From Terriglobia bacterium (GTDB lineage Bacteria > Acidobacteriota > Terriglobia > JAJPHL01 > JAPKYU01), in assembly GCA_965206645.1 (NCBI GenBank), contig CBDBKE010000003.1, positions 480,001-544,000 of the forward strand: a stretch of 64,000 nucleotides of DNA. Direction: 5' to 3'. The position numbers and the translations under genes are program-made. This document shows, piece by piece, positions 1 to 10,754 of the stretch. How positions within the stretch are numbered: position 1 is the first letter of the stretch; every line of letters starts with the position of its first letter. A model generated the notes under the pieces. It was not told where the DNA came from. It made no database searches and worked only from the letters and a program-made list of their open reading frames with translations.

Positions 1-14
1 AAGTATCATAAGAG

Positions 15-545
15 TTAGACGGAGAATTCGCGCTTCACCCTCTCAGACTTTTCGGCGACGGTGCGGGCTAGCCGTTCCTTGTGCTGGCGCAGGCGGTCGG
101 CCAGCTTGCCGTCCGCGGTGGCGATGATCTGGGCGGCGTAGATGGCGGCGTTCACCGCGCCGGCCTTTCCCACAGCCATCACTCCCACCGGCACCCCGCG
201 CGGCATCTGTACCGCGGCCAGCAGCGAGTCCACGCCCGACAGCGCGGTGTTCGCGATGGGCACGGCGATCACCGGCAGGGTGGTCTCCGCAGCAATGGCT
301 CCCCCCAGGTGAAACGCGCCGCCGGCACCCACCACGATGGCCTTCAGGCCACGCTTCACCGCGGTGCGCGCGTATTCAGATGCGCGCGCCGGCGAGCGGT
401 GCGCGCTGGCGATCTCCACTTCAAAGGGAACGCCGAACTCCTTCAATGTTCGGGCGGTTTCCGTCATCAGCGGCAGGTCCGAATCACTGCCCATCACGAT
501 CCCCACGAGGGGGCGGGGCCTGGAGCTTGCTTTGGGGTTGCTCAT
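15..545 (-). CDS. purE: N5-carboxyaminoimidazole ribonucleotide mutase
   Basis: [24 protein letters not shown] and VQMPRGVPV motifs; start overlaps the purD stop. Confidence 0.97.
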   Translation of the reverse strand: MSNPKASSRPRPLVGIVMGSDSDLPLMTETARTLKEFGVPFEVEIASAHRSPARASEYARTAVKRGLKAIVVGAGGAFHLGGAIAAETTLPVIAVPIANTALSGVDSLLAAVQMPRGVPVGVMAVGKAGAVNAAIYAAQIIATADGKLADRLRQHKERLARTVAEKSERVKREFSV

Positions 546-1834
546 GTGGGTTTCCTGTTCAGTCCCTTTCTGCCGATGTCGCGGCGGTAATGAATCCCTT
601 CAAAGTGAATTTTCTCGACAGCGCCATAGGCCCGGGAGATGGCCTCGCGCAGGTCGCTTCCGCCGGCGGTGACACCCAGCACGCGCCCACCGGCAGTGAC
701 GTACTGGCCGTCACGGAGCCGCGTACCGGAGTGAAACACTTTTACGGCGGGGAGCGCTTCGGCTTCGCCCAAGCCGGTGATGGGTTTGTCGCGCGCGAAC
801 TCATCCGGATAGCCGCCCGAAGCTGCCACCACGCAAACGGTCGCGCCATCCGACCACTCCGGCCGAATGGCCGCTAGACCGCCGCCCGCAGCGGCCTCGA
901 GCATCGGCACCAAGTCCGACGTGAGCCGCATCATCAGCGGCTGGGTTTCCGGGTCGCCGAAACGTACATTGTATTCCAGCAGCCGTGGGCCCTCGGCGGT
1001 GATCATCAGCCCGAAATACAGGATGCCCCGGTAGGGAGTGCCTTCGGCGGCCATGCCGGCCAGCGTCGGCTGCACGATCTTGTCCATAATCCGCTGCCGC
1101 AACGCCTCCGACAGGATGCCGTCTTCGGAGTAGGCGCCCATGCCGCCCGTGTTGGGTCCCTGGTCGTTGTCGAAGACCGGCTTGTGGTCCTGCGTCGGGG
1201 CCAGCGCCAGCGCCGTTTCCCCGTCGGTCACAACCGTGAAGGTGACTTCTTCACCGGCCAGGAAGCGCTCTAGTACCAGGCGGCGGCCAGCCTCGCCGAC
1301 CAGCTCGCCGGCGAGCATTTTTTCCAAAGTAGCCTCGGCCTGGCGGGAGTCGGCAGCTACCACTACACCTTTTCCGGCAGCCAGGCCGTCGGCCTTCAGC
1401 ACAACGGGGAAGCCGAAACGCGCCAGGTGCTGGCGAGCATCCTGGGGATGCTCGCACACCACGGACTCCGCCGTGGGGATGCCGTGGCGTTGCGCGAACT
1501 GTTTCGCAAAAATCTTGCTCCCTTCCAGGCGAGCGGCGGCCTGCGTGGCACCCACAATACGAAGGCCCCGCATCTGAAACTCGTCCACCACGCCCGCCAC
1601 CAGCGGCGCTTCCGGCCCAACCACAGTCAGGTCGGCCCCCAGGCGTTGGGCCAGCTCAGCCATCTCCGGCGGACGCAGGATGTCGCCGCGCTCCAGCGTC
1701 GTCTCCTGCGCGATGCCGGCATTGCCGGGCACACAGTAAACCTGCTCGACCCGCGGGCTTTGCCGCAGCTTCCACACCAGCCCGTGCTCCCGCCCGCCAG
1801 AACCCAGCACCAGGACTCGTATGCGCTCTGCCAT
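542..1834 (-). CDS. purD: phosphoribosylamine--glycine ligase
   Basis: GSGGREH, KADGLAAGKG, GPNTGGMG and EYNVRFGDPE motifs; start set at MAERIRVLV (ATG 1834). Confidence 0.96.
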   Translation of the reverse strand: MAERIRVLVLGSGGREHGLVWKLRQSPRVEQVYCVPGNAGIAQETTLERGDILRPPEMAELAQRLGADLTVVGPEAPLVAGVVDEFQMRGLRIVGATQAAARLEGSKIFAKQFAQRHGIPTAESVVCEHPQDARQHLARFGFPVVLKADGLAAGKGVVVAADSRQAEATLEKMLAGELVGEAGRRLVLERFLAGEEVTFTVVTDGETALALAPTQDHKPVFDNDQGPNTGGMGAYSEDGILSEALRQRIMDKIVQPTLAGMAAEGTPYRGILYFGLMITAEGPRLLEYNVRFGDPETQPLMMRLTSDLVPMLEAAAGGGLAAIRPEWSDGATVCVVAASGGYPDEFARDKPITGLGEAEALPAVKVFHSGTRLRDGQYVTAGGRVLGVTAGGSDLREAISRAYGAVEKIHFEGIHYRRDIGRKGLNRKPT

Positions 1835-1847
1835 ATGGGAACCTGCC

Positions 1848-1875
1848 ATTATGTCCCGGCCGTGCCTCCTGTCAA
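1848..1875 (-). promoter_or_regulatory. sigma70-type promoter of purD-purE
   Basis: Minus strand TTGACA-16 bp-CATAAT, 13 nt before the ATG. Confidence 0.55.
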
Positions 1876-2002
1876 TCACGCTCCCCTTTGTCAGCACTCT
1901 AGTCGAAGCGCTGGGTAGTGGGTCAGTTCCCGAGAAGCCACCATTACCTGCGGTCGTGTGGCCTTGACTCGTAGGTCGAACGGATGCCGTTCTGTTCTGT
2001 GG

Positions 2003-2383
2003 TCACACTCTACCCCGAAACCGATCGAGTTCACGGCGATCGCGTTTCGATGGTTTGCCTTTCCGCGACCCCTCGAAATGCGGCATTGCTTTACGCCCCT
2101 CTGCCAACTTTAGCCGCAACTCCCGACTCGTTTCTGTCTCACGGTAGAGCGTCTGCGCAACCGCCGCCGGGCCGCGCGTCTCACTGAGAAGCACGACCTC
2201 CACCTGAAACTCGCCTGCGCCGCTCTTCACTTGCAAGAGATCGCCGACACGGACCTCGCGCGAAGCCTTGGCTTTTTGTCCGTTGGACGCAATCCTGCAG
2301 AGTTCGCATGCCCGTGCAGCGAGCGACCGGGTCTTAAAGAACCGAGCGGCCCAAAGCCACTTGTTCATCCTCACGCCGGCCAT
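2003..2383 (-). CDS. hslR: ribosome-associated heat shock protein Hsp15 (S4 domain)
   Basis: RMNKWLWAARFFKTRSLA and C-terminal GKPSKRDRR. Confidence 0.9.
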   Translation of the reverse strand: MAGVRMNKWLWAARFFKTRSLAARACELCRIASNGQKAKASREVRVGDLLQVKSGAGEFQVEVVLLSETRGPAAVAQTLYRETETSRELRLKLAEGRKAMPHFEGSRKGKPSKRDRRELDRFRGRV

Positions 2384-2541
2384 ATCCCATTCTCGCATGA
2401 CGGCGCACGCGGAAATGATCACACGCCCACCCGCTCAGCGGTGCGCCACGTTGGATGTATAACGCCCTTACCGTAAATTGACCCAGTACCGAGACGTGAG
2501 AACAGTTGGGTGTTTTCCGCGGACAGGATAATATAAACGGA

Positions 2542-4488
2542 ATGCTTCCTGAGTTCAGCGAAAGCTATGACGTTGTGGTGATCGGCGCGGGGCACGCCGG
2601 ATGCGAGGCAGCCATGGCCACCGCGCGCATGGGCCTGAAAACGGCGCTGTGCACGATCAACCTGGACCTGATCGCGCAGATGTCCTGCAACCCTGCCGTG
2701 GGCGGGATCGCCAAGGGCCACCTGGTTCGCGAGGTGGACGCGCTGGGCGGCATCATGGGTGAGGTGACCGACGCCGTAGGCATCCAGTTTCGCCTGCTCA
2801 ATACCAGCCGCGGTCCGGCCGTGTGGTCGCCGCGCGCGCAGTGCGACAAGAAGCAGTACCGGATCAAGATGCGGCAGGTGCTGGAGTCGGAGCCCAACCT
2901 GAAGATTAAGCAGGCCGAGGTAGCCGACCTGGTGCTTGATGAGCCCGGGAGATTATCTACTACATCAGTAGCAAATAAACTGCGTGGCGTCCGGCTTCGC
3001 GACGGGCGCCTGTTCCGGGCCCATGCCGTGGTCATCACCACCGGCACGTTCTTAAACGGGCTGATCCATGTGGGCGAAACCACCTACCCGGCAGGGCGCG
3101 GCGGCGAGCCCCCGTCACAGTTGCTAGGCGAGGCACTTAAGTTGCTGGGATTCCGCACGGCGCGGTTGAAGACGGGCACGCCGCCGCGGCTCGATGGCCG
3201 CTCCATTGACTGGAGCCGCTTCCAGCCGCAGCACGGAGACCCGGAGCCGGTGCCGTTCTCCTTCCGCACCGCGGCCATCGAGCGGGAGCAGCTCCCCTGC
3301 TACATTGCCTTCACCAGCGAGGAGACGCGCCGGGTGATCCAGGCAAATATCCACCGTTCGCCGCTGTACAGCGGCCAGATCCGTGGGATTGGCCCGCGCT
3401 ACTGTCCTTCGATGGAAGACAAGATCGTGAAGTTCCCCGACAAGGAGCGCCACCAGCTTTTCCTGGAACCCGAGGGTCTGGACACGCATGAGATCTACGT
3501 CAACGGCATGTCCACCAGCATGCCGATTGACGTGCAGTCAGCGATGGTGGCCTCCGTGCCCGGTCTGGAGAATGCCGAAATGATCCGGCCCGGCTACGCC
3601 ATCGAGTACGACTCGGTGGACCCTACGGAGCTGTATCCGACGCTGGAGACCAAGAAAATCTCGGGGCTGTTTCTAGCCGGCCAGATCAACGGCACCTCCG
3701 GCTACGAGGAGGCCGCCTGCCAGGGCATCATGGCCGGCATCAACGCCGGACTGAAAGTGAAGGGCTGCGAGCCGCTGGTGCTGGACCGCACGCAGGGCTA
3801 CACCGGCATCCTGATTGATGACCTGGTGACCAAAGGGACCAACGAGCCCTACCGCATGTTCACCTCGCGGGCCGAGTTTCGCCTGCACCTGCGGATTGAC
3901 AACGCCGACTACCGCCTGACCCCGCTGGGCTACCGCGCCGGGCTGGTGAGCGAGCCGCACTACCGCGAGTTTCTGGCCAAGCAGAAGCGCATCGCGCGTG
4001 CCATCGGTTTGCTCAGCGAGCTGCGGGCCGACCCGCGCGATGCCCTCTGCGCCCGGCTACTGGCCAAGCTGGACGGCGCTGCGGCCTGGACCGAGCGACC
4101 CACATTGGCGCAGTTGCTGCGGCGCCCCGAGGTCTCGATCGAAGACATGGCCGAGATGCTGCGCCGCGCCATTGGCGAGCCCGTCACCCAACTGGAGCTC
4201 AAGTGCGCCGAGATTGATGTGAAGTACGAGGGATACCTGAACCAGCAGCGGCGGCAGATGGAGCGTCTGAAGAGAGGCGAGGGGCAGCACATCCCGGAAA
4301 GCTTCGACTACAACGGCATTCCCGGCATCTCTCGCGAGGTGTCCGAGAAGCTGACGCGCGTCCGACCGCTGACGCTGGGACAGGCTGGTCGCATTCCTGG
4401 CATCACCCCAGCCGCCCTCGCCATCCTCAACGTGTGCCTGGAAGGCGCGGCGCGTGGCAAGCCCGATGGCACGCACTCAGCCGCCTGA
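2542..4488 (+). CDS. mnmG: tRNA U34 5-carboxymethylaminomethyl modification enzyme MnmG/GidA
   Basis: [41 protein letters not shown] and [11 protein letters not shown] motifs. Confidence 0.98.
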   Translation: MLPEFSESYDVVVIGAGHAGCEAAMATARMGLKTALCTINLDLIAQMSCNPAVGGIAKGHLVREVDALGGIMGEVTDAVGIQFRLLNTSRGPAVWSPRAQCDKKQYRIKMRQVLESEPNLKIKQAEVADLVLDEPGRLSTTSVANKLRGVRLRDGRLFRAHAVVITTGTFLNGLIHVGETTYPAGRGGEPPSQLLGEALKLLGFRTARLKTGTPPRLDGRSIDWSRFQPQHGDPEPVPFSFRTAAIEREQLPCYIAFTSEETRRVIQANIHRSPLYSGQIRGIGPRYCPSMEDKIVKFPDKERHQLFLEPEGLDTHEIYVNGMSTSMPIDVQSAMVASVPGLENAEMIRPGYAIEYDSVDPTELYPTLETKKISGLFLAGQINGTSGYEEAACQGIMAGINAGLKVKGCEPLVLDRTQGYTGILIDDLVTKGTNEPYRMFTSRAEFRLHLRIDNADYRLTPLGYRAGLVSEPHYREFLAKQKRIARAIGLLSELRADPRDALCARLLAKLDGAAAWTERPTLAQLLRRPEVSIEDMAEMLRRAIGEPVTQLELKCAEIDVKYEGYLNQQRRQMERLKRGEGQHIPESFDYNGIPGISREVSEKLTRVRPLTLGQAGRIPGITPAALAILNVCLEGAARGKPDGTHSAA

Positions 4489-5137
4489 GGGCTCCGAAGG
4501 CGCCGCGCTGCGAGAGCTTCCCACCATGCTCGCCGAGCTAGGGGTCACCCTCGACGAGCCCGGGCTTCGAGTTGTTCGCACCCACTTTGAACTACTGGTT
4601 CGCTGGAACCGCAAGGTCAACCTGACCGGCGTTCGCGACCCCAGGCAAATTCTGCGCCGCCACTTTGTCGAATCGCTCTTCCTCACCACAGTGATGCCAC
4701 TGGGACCTGGGCTACTCTACGACGTTGGCTCGGGAGCCGGGTTTCCCGGGCTGCCACTGAAGGCCGCTCATCCCGAGATGCAAGTGGTCCTGGTGGAATC
4801 GGTGCAGAAGAAGGCGGCGTTCTTGAAGGAGGTAGTTCGCACGGCTGACTTGCAGGGGGTCCGCGTCGAAGCGACACGCGCCGAGGAGCTGGCGCGCCGC
4901 CCGGACCGGGAATTGGGCCACTGGCTTACCATGCGGGCCGTGGGGCGTCTGGACCGGTTGCTGCCATTACTGCGACAGCTTCTTCTCCCCCAGGGTCAGG
5001 TGGCGCTGTTTTTGGGAGCAGCCGATGCGGAGCGGGCCAGCAGGGTGAGCAGCTTTGCCTGGGGGGAGCCGGTGACAGTGCCCGGTTCGGAGCGCCGGGT
5101 GATTCTGATGGGCCAGGCTCAGGCCCAGGCTCGATAA
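4466..5137 (+). CDS. rsmG: 16S rRNA m7G527 methyltransferase RsmG/GidB
   Basis: [14 protein letters not shown] and [10 protein letters not shown]; follows mnmG. Confidence 0.95.
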   Translation: MARTQPPEGSEGAALRELPTMLAELGVTLDEPGLRVVRTHFELLVRWNRKVNLTGVRDPRQILRRHFVESLFLTTVMPLGPGLLYDVGSGAGFPGLPLKAAHPEMQVVLVESVQKKAAFLKEVVRTADLQGVRVEATRAEELARRPDRELGHWLTMRAVGRLDRLLPLLRQLLLPQGQVALFLGAADAERASRVSSFAWGEPVTVPGSERRVILMGQAQAQAR

Positions 5138-5152
5138 GTTCCACGTGGAACA
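5137..5152. promoter_or_regulatory. parS centromere-like site
   Basis: AGTTCCACGTGGAACA contains a perfect 14-bp palindrome matching the parS consensus tGTTtCACGTGaAACa; directly upstream of parAB. Confidence 0.9.
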
Positions 5153-5179
5153 TTATTGAGGTTGCGGCAGGGTTGCTGC

Positions 5180-5208
5180 TTGCAATCGGGATGACCAGGT
5201 GCTACATT
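5180..5208 (+). promoter_or_regulatory. sigma70-type promoter of parAB
   Basis: TTGCAA-17 bp-TACATT with extended -10 TG. Confidence 0.5.
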
Positions 5209-5264
5209 AGTTACTAGATTTGTTTAAAACATTCAACATTAAGGTTGGCCTAGGCCAAGATTCC

Positions 5265-6062
5265 ATGGCCCGCGTGATCGCAATTGCTAACCAGAAGGGT
5301 GGCGTTGGCAAGACCACCACCGCCATCAACCTGGCCGCTTCGCTGGCCGCGGCCGAGTGCCGCGTCCTGCTGGTGGACTGTGACCCCCAGGCCAACACCA
5401 CGGGCGGGCTGGGCTTTCGCAAGAATCAGAAGCGCCTCACCCTCTACGACGCGCTGCTGGGCGAGGCTTCGCTCGACGAGGTGGTGCTCGAGACCGAGCT
5501 GCAGGGCCTTTGGCTGGTGCCGTCCGACAAGAACCTGATCGGGGCCAATCTGGAGCTGATCGACGAGGAAGCCCGTGAGCACCGGATGGCCCGTCTGCTG
5601 GGCCCGCTCCGCTCCGAATACCTCTACATTGTGATTGACTGCCCACCGGCTCTGGATCTGCTGACCCTGAATGCCCTGGTGGCAGCCGATGCGGTGCTGG
5701 CTCCCATCCAATGCGAGTACTTCGCGCTCGAGGGAGTCGCCGAGCTGTTGGATACGGTGGAGCGCATCCGGCAGGCCTTCAACCCCGCACTGGCGCTCGA
5801 GGGGGTGCTGCTCACCATGTACGACGAGCGCACCAACCTCTCGCGACAAGTGGCTGAGGATCTGCGCGGATACTTCGGCGAGAAGATATTCACTACCATC
5901 ATCCCGCGCAATGTGCGTTTGGCCGAAGCCCCCAGCTTCGGCAAGCCGATCTTGCTCTACGACGTGCGCTCGCGCGGAGCCGAGAGCTACATCCGCCTGG
6001 CAAAGGAGATCATCGCCCATGGCCAACCTGGAATTGGCATCCAGCGATCGGCAACGGCGTAA
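5265..6062 (+). CDS. parA: chromosome partitioning ATPase ParA/Soj
   Basis: NQKGGVGKTTT deviant Walker A, DCDPQAN, IDCPP and RNVRLAEAPSFG. Confidence 0.97.
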   Translation: MARVIAIANQKGGVGKTTTAINLAASLAAAECRVLLVDCDPQANTTGGLGFRKNQKRLTLYDALLGEASLDEVVLETELQGLWLVPSDKNLIGANLELIDEEAREHRMARLLGPLRSEYLYIVIDCPPALDLLTLNALVAADAVLAPIQCEYFALEGVAELLDTVERIRQAFNPALALEGVLLTMYDERTNLSRQVAEDLRGYFGEKIFTTIIPRNVRLAEAPSFGKPILLYDVRSRGAESYIRLAKEIIAHGQPGIGIQRSATA

Positions 6063-6972
6063 GGTTTTGGGGCGCGGGCTGGGCGCACTGCTGGAGTCGC
6101 GTACGCCGACCGGAGGGCCACCTTCGCCTCCGGAGATCGTTCCCGGCCCCACCGCAGACGCGGGGCCCAACCTGCGCCAGATTCCGCTGGAAGCCATCGA
6201 GCCCAACCCCAACCAGCCGCGCAAGAAGTTTCCAAAAAGCAGCCTGGAGGAATTGGCGGAATCCATCCGCGCTCATGGTCTGCTCCAACCCATCCTCGTT
6301 ACTCCCGTCGTCACTCCCACTTCGGCGGCGGGCAGGTTTCAGCTGGTGGCCGGGGAGCGGCGCTGGCGCGCGGCACAACTGGCGGGACTCCGCACGGTGC
6401 CGGCGCTGGTCGAGGAAGTCCGGAAGGAGCAGTCGCTGGAGCTGGCCCTCGTCGAGAACCTGCAGCGCGAAGACCTGAACCCGCTTGAGGCCGCCACCGC
6501 TTTCGAGCGCCTGACCCGTGAGTTCGGCTTGAAGCACGAGGACGTGGCCCGGCGCACCGGCAAGGATCGCGCCACCATCACCAATCTTATCCGCCTGCTG
6601 AAGCTTCCCGCCGAGGTGCAGGAACTGCTGGCCGAAGGTAAGCTGTCGGTGGGCCATGCCAAGGCGCTGCTCGGGCTAACGTCGGCTGATACCCAGTGCT
6701 GGCTGGCGGATCAGATCGCCTCCCGCGACCTCTCGGTTCGGATGGCGGAAAAACTGGTCGCGAAGTTCTCAAAACGCGGGGGTATTGCTCCACCCAAACC
6801 ACCGAAAGCAATGCAGCTGGATGCCAATACTCGGGCTGCTCTATTGGAGCTGGAACGCACCCTGGGCACCCGCGTCCGCCTCTCTGGCACACCCAACAAG
6901 GGGGCCCTGCTGATTGAGTACCACTCGGCGAAAGAGCTGATGCGCCTTTACGACAAAATACTACGTCAGTAG
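6019..6972 (+). CDS. parB: chromosome partitioning protein ParB/Spo0J
   Basis: LGRGLGALL ParA-interaction peptide, AGERRWRA and ENLQREDLN; SD AAGGAG before ATG 6019. Confidence 0.97.
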   Translation: MANLELASSDRQRRKVLGRGLGALLESRTPTGGPPSPPEIVPGPTADAGPNLRQIPLEAIEPNPNQPRKKFPKSSLEELAESIRAHGLLQPILVTPVVTPTSAAGRFQLVAGERRWRAAQLAGLRTVPALVEEVRKEQSLELALVENLQREDLNPLEAATAFERLTREFGLKHEDVARRTGKDRATITNLIRLLKLPAEVQELLAEGKLSVGHAKALLGLTSADTQCWLADQIASRDLSVRMAEKLVAKFSKRGGIAPPKPPKAMQLDANTRAALLELERTLGTRVRLSGTPNKGALLIEYHSAKELMRLYDKILRQ

Positions 6973-7068
6973 TAGTACGCAACCTCCCATCCCCCGATGC
7001 AGCTCAGGCTGCGCCCAACTACCACCTCCGCTGGGTGGTAAGATAGGCGGCGCCACTTTCCACAACAG

Positions 7069-8671
7069 ATGGCTTACAACGCCGAGGAAATCAGAGGTCG
7101 CCTGCTGAAGGGCGAGCCCCTCTCTTTCTCAGCCGACCAGCCGGAAGAGGAGCGGCAGGTCCTCGCCGACTCCATTGCCGAAGCCGCGCGCGCAGCCAAG
7201 CGCGTGCACATCGAGAATGCCGTCGTCACCGGGCCGCTGGACCTCAGCTACGCCGAGGTGCGAGAGCGGTTTGAGCTTGCGAACGTCGAGCTGCGCGACC
7301 CGGTTGACTTCTCTTTCGCCCGCTTCCACTGTGGCATCGCCTGTCGCCGCGTCCGCTTCACTCGCGCCGCCGACTTTGAGGGCGCCGTCTTCGACAAGCA
7401 TGCCGGCTTCCCTCGTGCCGAGTTTGCGGAGGGCGCCGACTTCCTTGGGGTACAGGTAGGCGGGCAGGGCGACTTCAGCGGGGCGCGCTTTGGGGGGGGA
7501 GGTGCGCTTTGACGGGGCCAAGATTACCGGCGGCTTGTTCTTCCGCCCCGAGGAAGAGCACCGGGCGGAGTTCGCGGGCGAGGCGGGGTTTCACGGCATG
7601 GAGGTGGGCGGGGAGGCGGATTTCAGTGGGGCGCGCTTTGGCCGGGAGGTGCGCTTTGACGGGGCCAAGGTCACCGGCGACTTGTTCTTCCGCCCTGAGG
7701 GGGAGCACCGGGCGGAGTTCGACGGCGAGGCGGGGTTTCTCGGCATCGAGGTGGGCGGGCAGGCAAGCTTCAGCGGGGCGCGCTTTGGCGGCCCGGCCTA
7801 TTTCGAGGGCGCATCTTTTTCGAGCGATGTGTTCTTTAACGGCGCTTTTTTTACCGGAAGCGTGGCATCGTTCCTCAGCGCGTCATTCTCCCTGGTCGCG
7901 CGCTTCCCAGGGACTCGATTCGCCTGCCCGGTAGCCTTCGACCACGCGCATTTCCGCCAACAGGTCTATTTTTCCGGCACAATCTTCGATGGCGACCTCA
8001 GCTTGCGCAAGGCCCGCTTCAGCACGCTGAGCTTCGCGCACGAAGGCCAGGCCGCCACTTTCGCCGCCGACGTGGACTTGAGAGGCTGCACCTACAGCTT
8101 TATTGAATTTATTGAAATAGACGATTGGCGCGAGCTGATGGAACGCATGGAACCTCCGGCTTCGCAACCCTGGGGCCAGCTTATCCGCGCGCTCCGCGCC
8201 GCCGGCGAGGAGCGCGCGGCCCGCGAGGCTTACTACGAATGGCGAATGTCGGCAGGGGCCCGGATCCATTACAAAGAACAGAAGCTCCGCTATCTGGTGG
8301 ACCGCTTCGAGCGCCACGTGGCCGGCTATGGTGTGAGGTCAGGGCCACTCTTTCTTTGGGCCGGAGTCATCCTCGCCTTGGGCGCGGTGGTGTTCGCCAT
8401 GCCCGGCGCCCTGCTACCCGCCAAGGACTTCCCGGCGGAGCTCTCCGCCGAACTGGAGCTCGCGGACTCGGGGTACGTGGCTCCGCTTCGAGGTTTGGCG
8501 GCAAGCGTTCGCTTGTTCGTGCCGGTCGAGGTGTCCGTCGGTCGCCACTGGGAACCAGCCCCGGGATTTTATTCTGGTTGCGCCGCCGTCCTGACCCTCC
8601 TCGGCTGGATTCTGATCCCGGTGGCGGTGGCCTCCTTCACCGGCCTGCTGCGACGCGAGCCAGCGCCTTAA
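7069..8671 (+). pseudogene. pentapeptide-repeat (xFxxA/G-type) membrane protein split by a +1 frameshift in a G8 run
   Basis: ORFs 7069-7512 and 7490-8671 carry the same ADFxGAxF repeats; removing one G at 7492-7499 fuses them; C-terminal hydrophobic helices. Confidence 0.75.
7474..7790 (+). repeat. intragenic ~147-bp (49-aa) tandem repeat, just over two units
   Basis: TTCAGyGGGGCGCGCTTT recurs at 7474, 7622 and 7769 (spacing 148 and 147). Confidence 0.85.
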
Positions 8672-8789
8672 GCTGGACGCCCCACGATGAGCGAAGCCGA
8701 AAGGGTTGTGGACCACTCGGGCTGCCTCAGGCCGCCCGGCGGCGACCTCGCGCCGCTAGCTCCGGCCAGGACCAACTAACCATATAGAG

Positions 8790-10667
8790 CTATTGGGGTG
8801 TGAATCCTACTGTGCGGGCTTTGTTTTGCTCGTCCAGCCAGCGTTTGAGCGGGGCGAAGTAATCAAGGATGGCCGTGGCATCCATCTGGCGTTGCCCAGT
8901 GAGCGCCTCCAGGGCGTCGGGCCAGCGACGGCTCTGGCCCAGGGCGAGCATGTTGCGGAGCTTCTGGCCCGCTGCCTTGTTGTTGTAGATGGAGCAGCGG
9001 TGCAGGGGTCCCTCGTAGCCGGCCTCGCGGCACAGGGCGCGGTGAAACTGGAACTGAAGGATGGTGGCCAGAAAGTAGCGGGTGTAGGGAACGTTGGCGG
9101 GAATGTGATACTTGGCTCCGGGATCAAAGTTGGCCTCGCTGCGCGGTACCGGGGGCGCGATGCCCTGGTAGCGTTTCCTTAGCTCCCACCAGGCAGTGTT
9201 GTAGTCAGCGGGGCGGATCTCGCCCGAGAAAACCTTCCAGCGCCACTGGTCTATCAGCAGGCCGAAGGGGAGGAAGGCAATCTTCTCCAGGGCCAGCTTC
9301 GTTAGCAGTCCAAGGTCAGCACGCTGGTCTGGCACCTTATCCAGCAACCCAATCTGTTTCAGGTACGACGGGGTGATGGACAGGGAGATGGCGTCGCCGA
9401 CGGCTTCGTGGAAGCCGTCGTGGGCGCCGTCACGGTAGAGCATCGGCAGCTGCCGGTAGGCGCGCTGGTAGAAGTTGTGTCCCAGCTCGTGATGGATGGT
9501 GTAAAAATCTTCGGCGACGATCTCGATGCACATCTTGATGCGCAGGTCCTGGTCGAAGTCAATGTCCCAGGCGCTGGCATGGCAGACCACGTTGCGGTCG
9601 GCCGGCTTGGTGAACAGCGAGCGCTGCCAGAAGGTCTCGGGCAGCGGCTCGAAGCCCAGCGAAAGGAAGAAACGCTCGCCGTAGCGGACCATCTCCCGCT
9701 CGTCCACTTTCTTGGCGCGCAGCAGGGCCGTGAGGTCGAAGCCAGGGTCACTCTGCTTGGGGGCCACCAGCGGGTAGATGTTGCTCCATTCCTGGCTCCA
9801 CATGTTGCCGAGCAGGTGCGCCGGGATCAGGCCATCCTCGGGAACCAGATCGCTGCCATACTGGCTGGCCAGCGAGGCGCGGACGTGGGCATGCAGCGCT
9901 TCATAGAGGGGCCGGACCTGCTGCCAAAGCCGCTCAACCTCCGCGGTAAACTCGTCCGGGGCCATGTCGTACTTGGAGCGCCAGAGCACGCCCAGGTCGG
10001 CGAAGCCCAGTTCACGCGCGCCCTGGTTGGCCAGTTCCGCCAGGCGCTGGTAGCGCGGGCGCATCGGGGGTGAGACGGTCCGCCAGCCGACCCAGACCTC
10101 GCGCAGCTTCTCCGCGTCGCGGCTGTTGGCCAGGATGCGTCGCATCTGGTTCAGGTCGAGGCACTCGCCTTGTTTTCCATCCGGGCAATAGCGCCCTTTT
10201 CCGTAATCGCTCTCTAGCGAGGCAGCGATGTCAGTCAGCTCCTTCTGCTGGGCCGGGACGTTGGGGGCCATCAACGTCAGTGACAGCTTGAGCAGTTTCA
10301 GTCTTCGGGCAACGTCGTCGAGGAGGTCCAATCCGTCGAAGCGGGTGGCGGCGTGGGCCAGTTCTGTGGTGGCGGCGAGGACGTTCTTGTGAGCGGCGGC
10401 GGCCAACCGCTCGGTGTCCTCGGTGATGAAGTTGGCCTGCACCCAGGAGGCTCGCGAGCCCTTGACCCAAAGCTCGAGTAGGCGACCTTCCGCCTGCTCG
10501 AGGAACGCCTGGGCCTCGCTGGCCGTGGGCTTTTCCTCGGCATGCGACATGCGGGCGAGCCAGGCTGCCGTCAGCAAGCCCAGAAAGGCAAGGACCGCTA
10601 TCGTCAGGAAACGATATTTCCGGGGCTTATCAGGCATGGGTTTATCAGGCCAGGGTTTATCAGACAT
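8790..10667 (-). CDS. M2 family metallopeptidase (ACE-like peptidyl-dipeptidase), exported
   Basis: [22 protein letters not shown] (HExxH), GFHEAVG and FDPGAKYHI; signal peptide-like N-terminus. Confidence 0.93.
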   Translation of the reverse strand: MSDKPWPDKPMPDKPRKYRFLTIAVLAFLGLLTAAWLARMSHAEEKPTASEAQAFLEQAEGRLLELWVKGSRASWVQANFITEDTERLAAAAHKNVLAATTELAHAATRFDGLDLLDDVARRLKLLKLSLTLMAPNVPAQQKELTDIAASLESDYGKGRYCPDGKQGECLDLNQMRRILANSRDAEKLREVWVGWRTVSPPMRPRYQRLAELANQGARELGFADLGVLWRSKYDMAPDEFTAEVERLWQQVRPLYEALHAHVRASLASQYGSDLVPEDGLIPAHLLGNMWSQEWSNIYPLVAPKQSDPGFDLTALLRAKKVDEREMVRYGERFFLSLGFEPLPETFWQRSLFTKPADRNVVCHASAWDIDFDQDLRIKMCIEIVAEDFYTIHHELGHNFYQRAYRQLPMLYRDGAHDGFHEAVGDAISLSITPSYLKQIGLLDKVPDQRADLGLLTKLALEKIAFLPFGLLIDQWRWKVFSGEIRPADYNTAWWELRKRYQGIAPPVPRSEANFDPGAKYHIPANVPYTRYFLATILQFQFHRALCREAGYEGPLHRCSIYNNKAAGQKLRNMLALGQSRRWPDALEALTGQRQMDATAILDYFAPLKRWLDEQNKARTVGFTPQ

Positions 10668-10754
10668 GGATGACTTCCCTTCATAAACTCAGTCGCACAC
10701 CCGTGAAGCTAGGAAACCCTTAGGCAGAACGGAGGAGCGAGGCAAGCCAGGAGC

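Noticed and set aside
2945-2985. AT-rich in-frame patch in mnmG
   Set aside because: Short, probably a variable loop; no repeats or insertion hallmarks
4926-5153. ORF beginning MFHVEL
   Set aside because: Simply the translation of the parS palindrome
5671-6018. N-terminal extension of ParB in the ORF track
   Set aside because: Overlaps parA out of frame; the SD-supported start is at 6019
8684-8712. Hammerhead-like CGATGAG...CGAAA
   Set aside because: Lacks the CUGAnGA core and convincing stems
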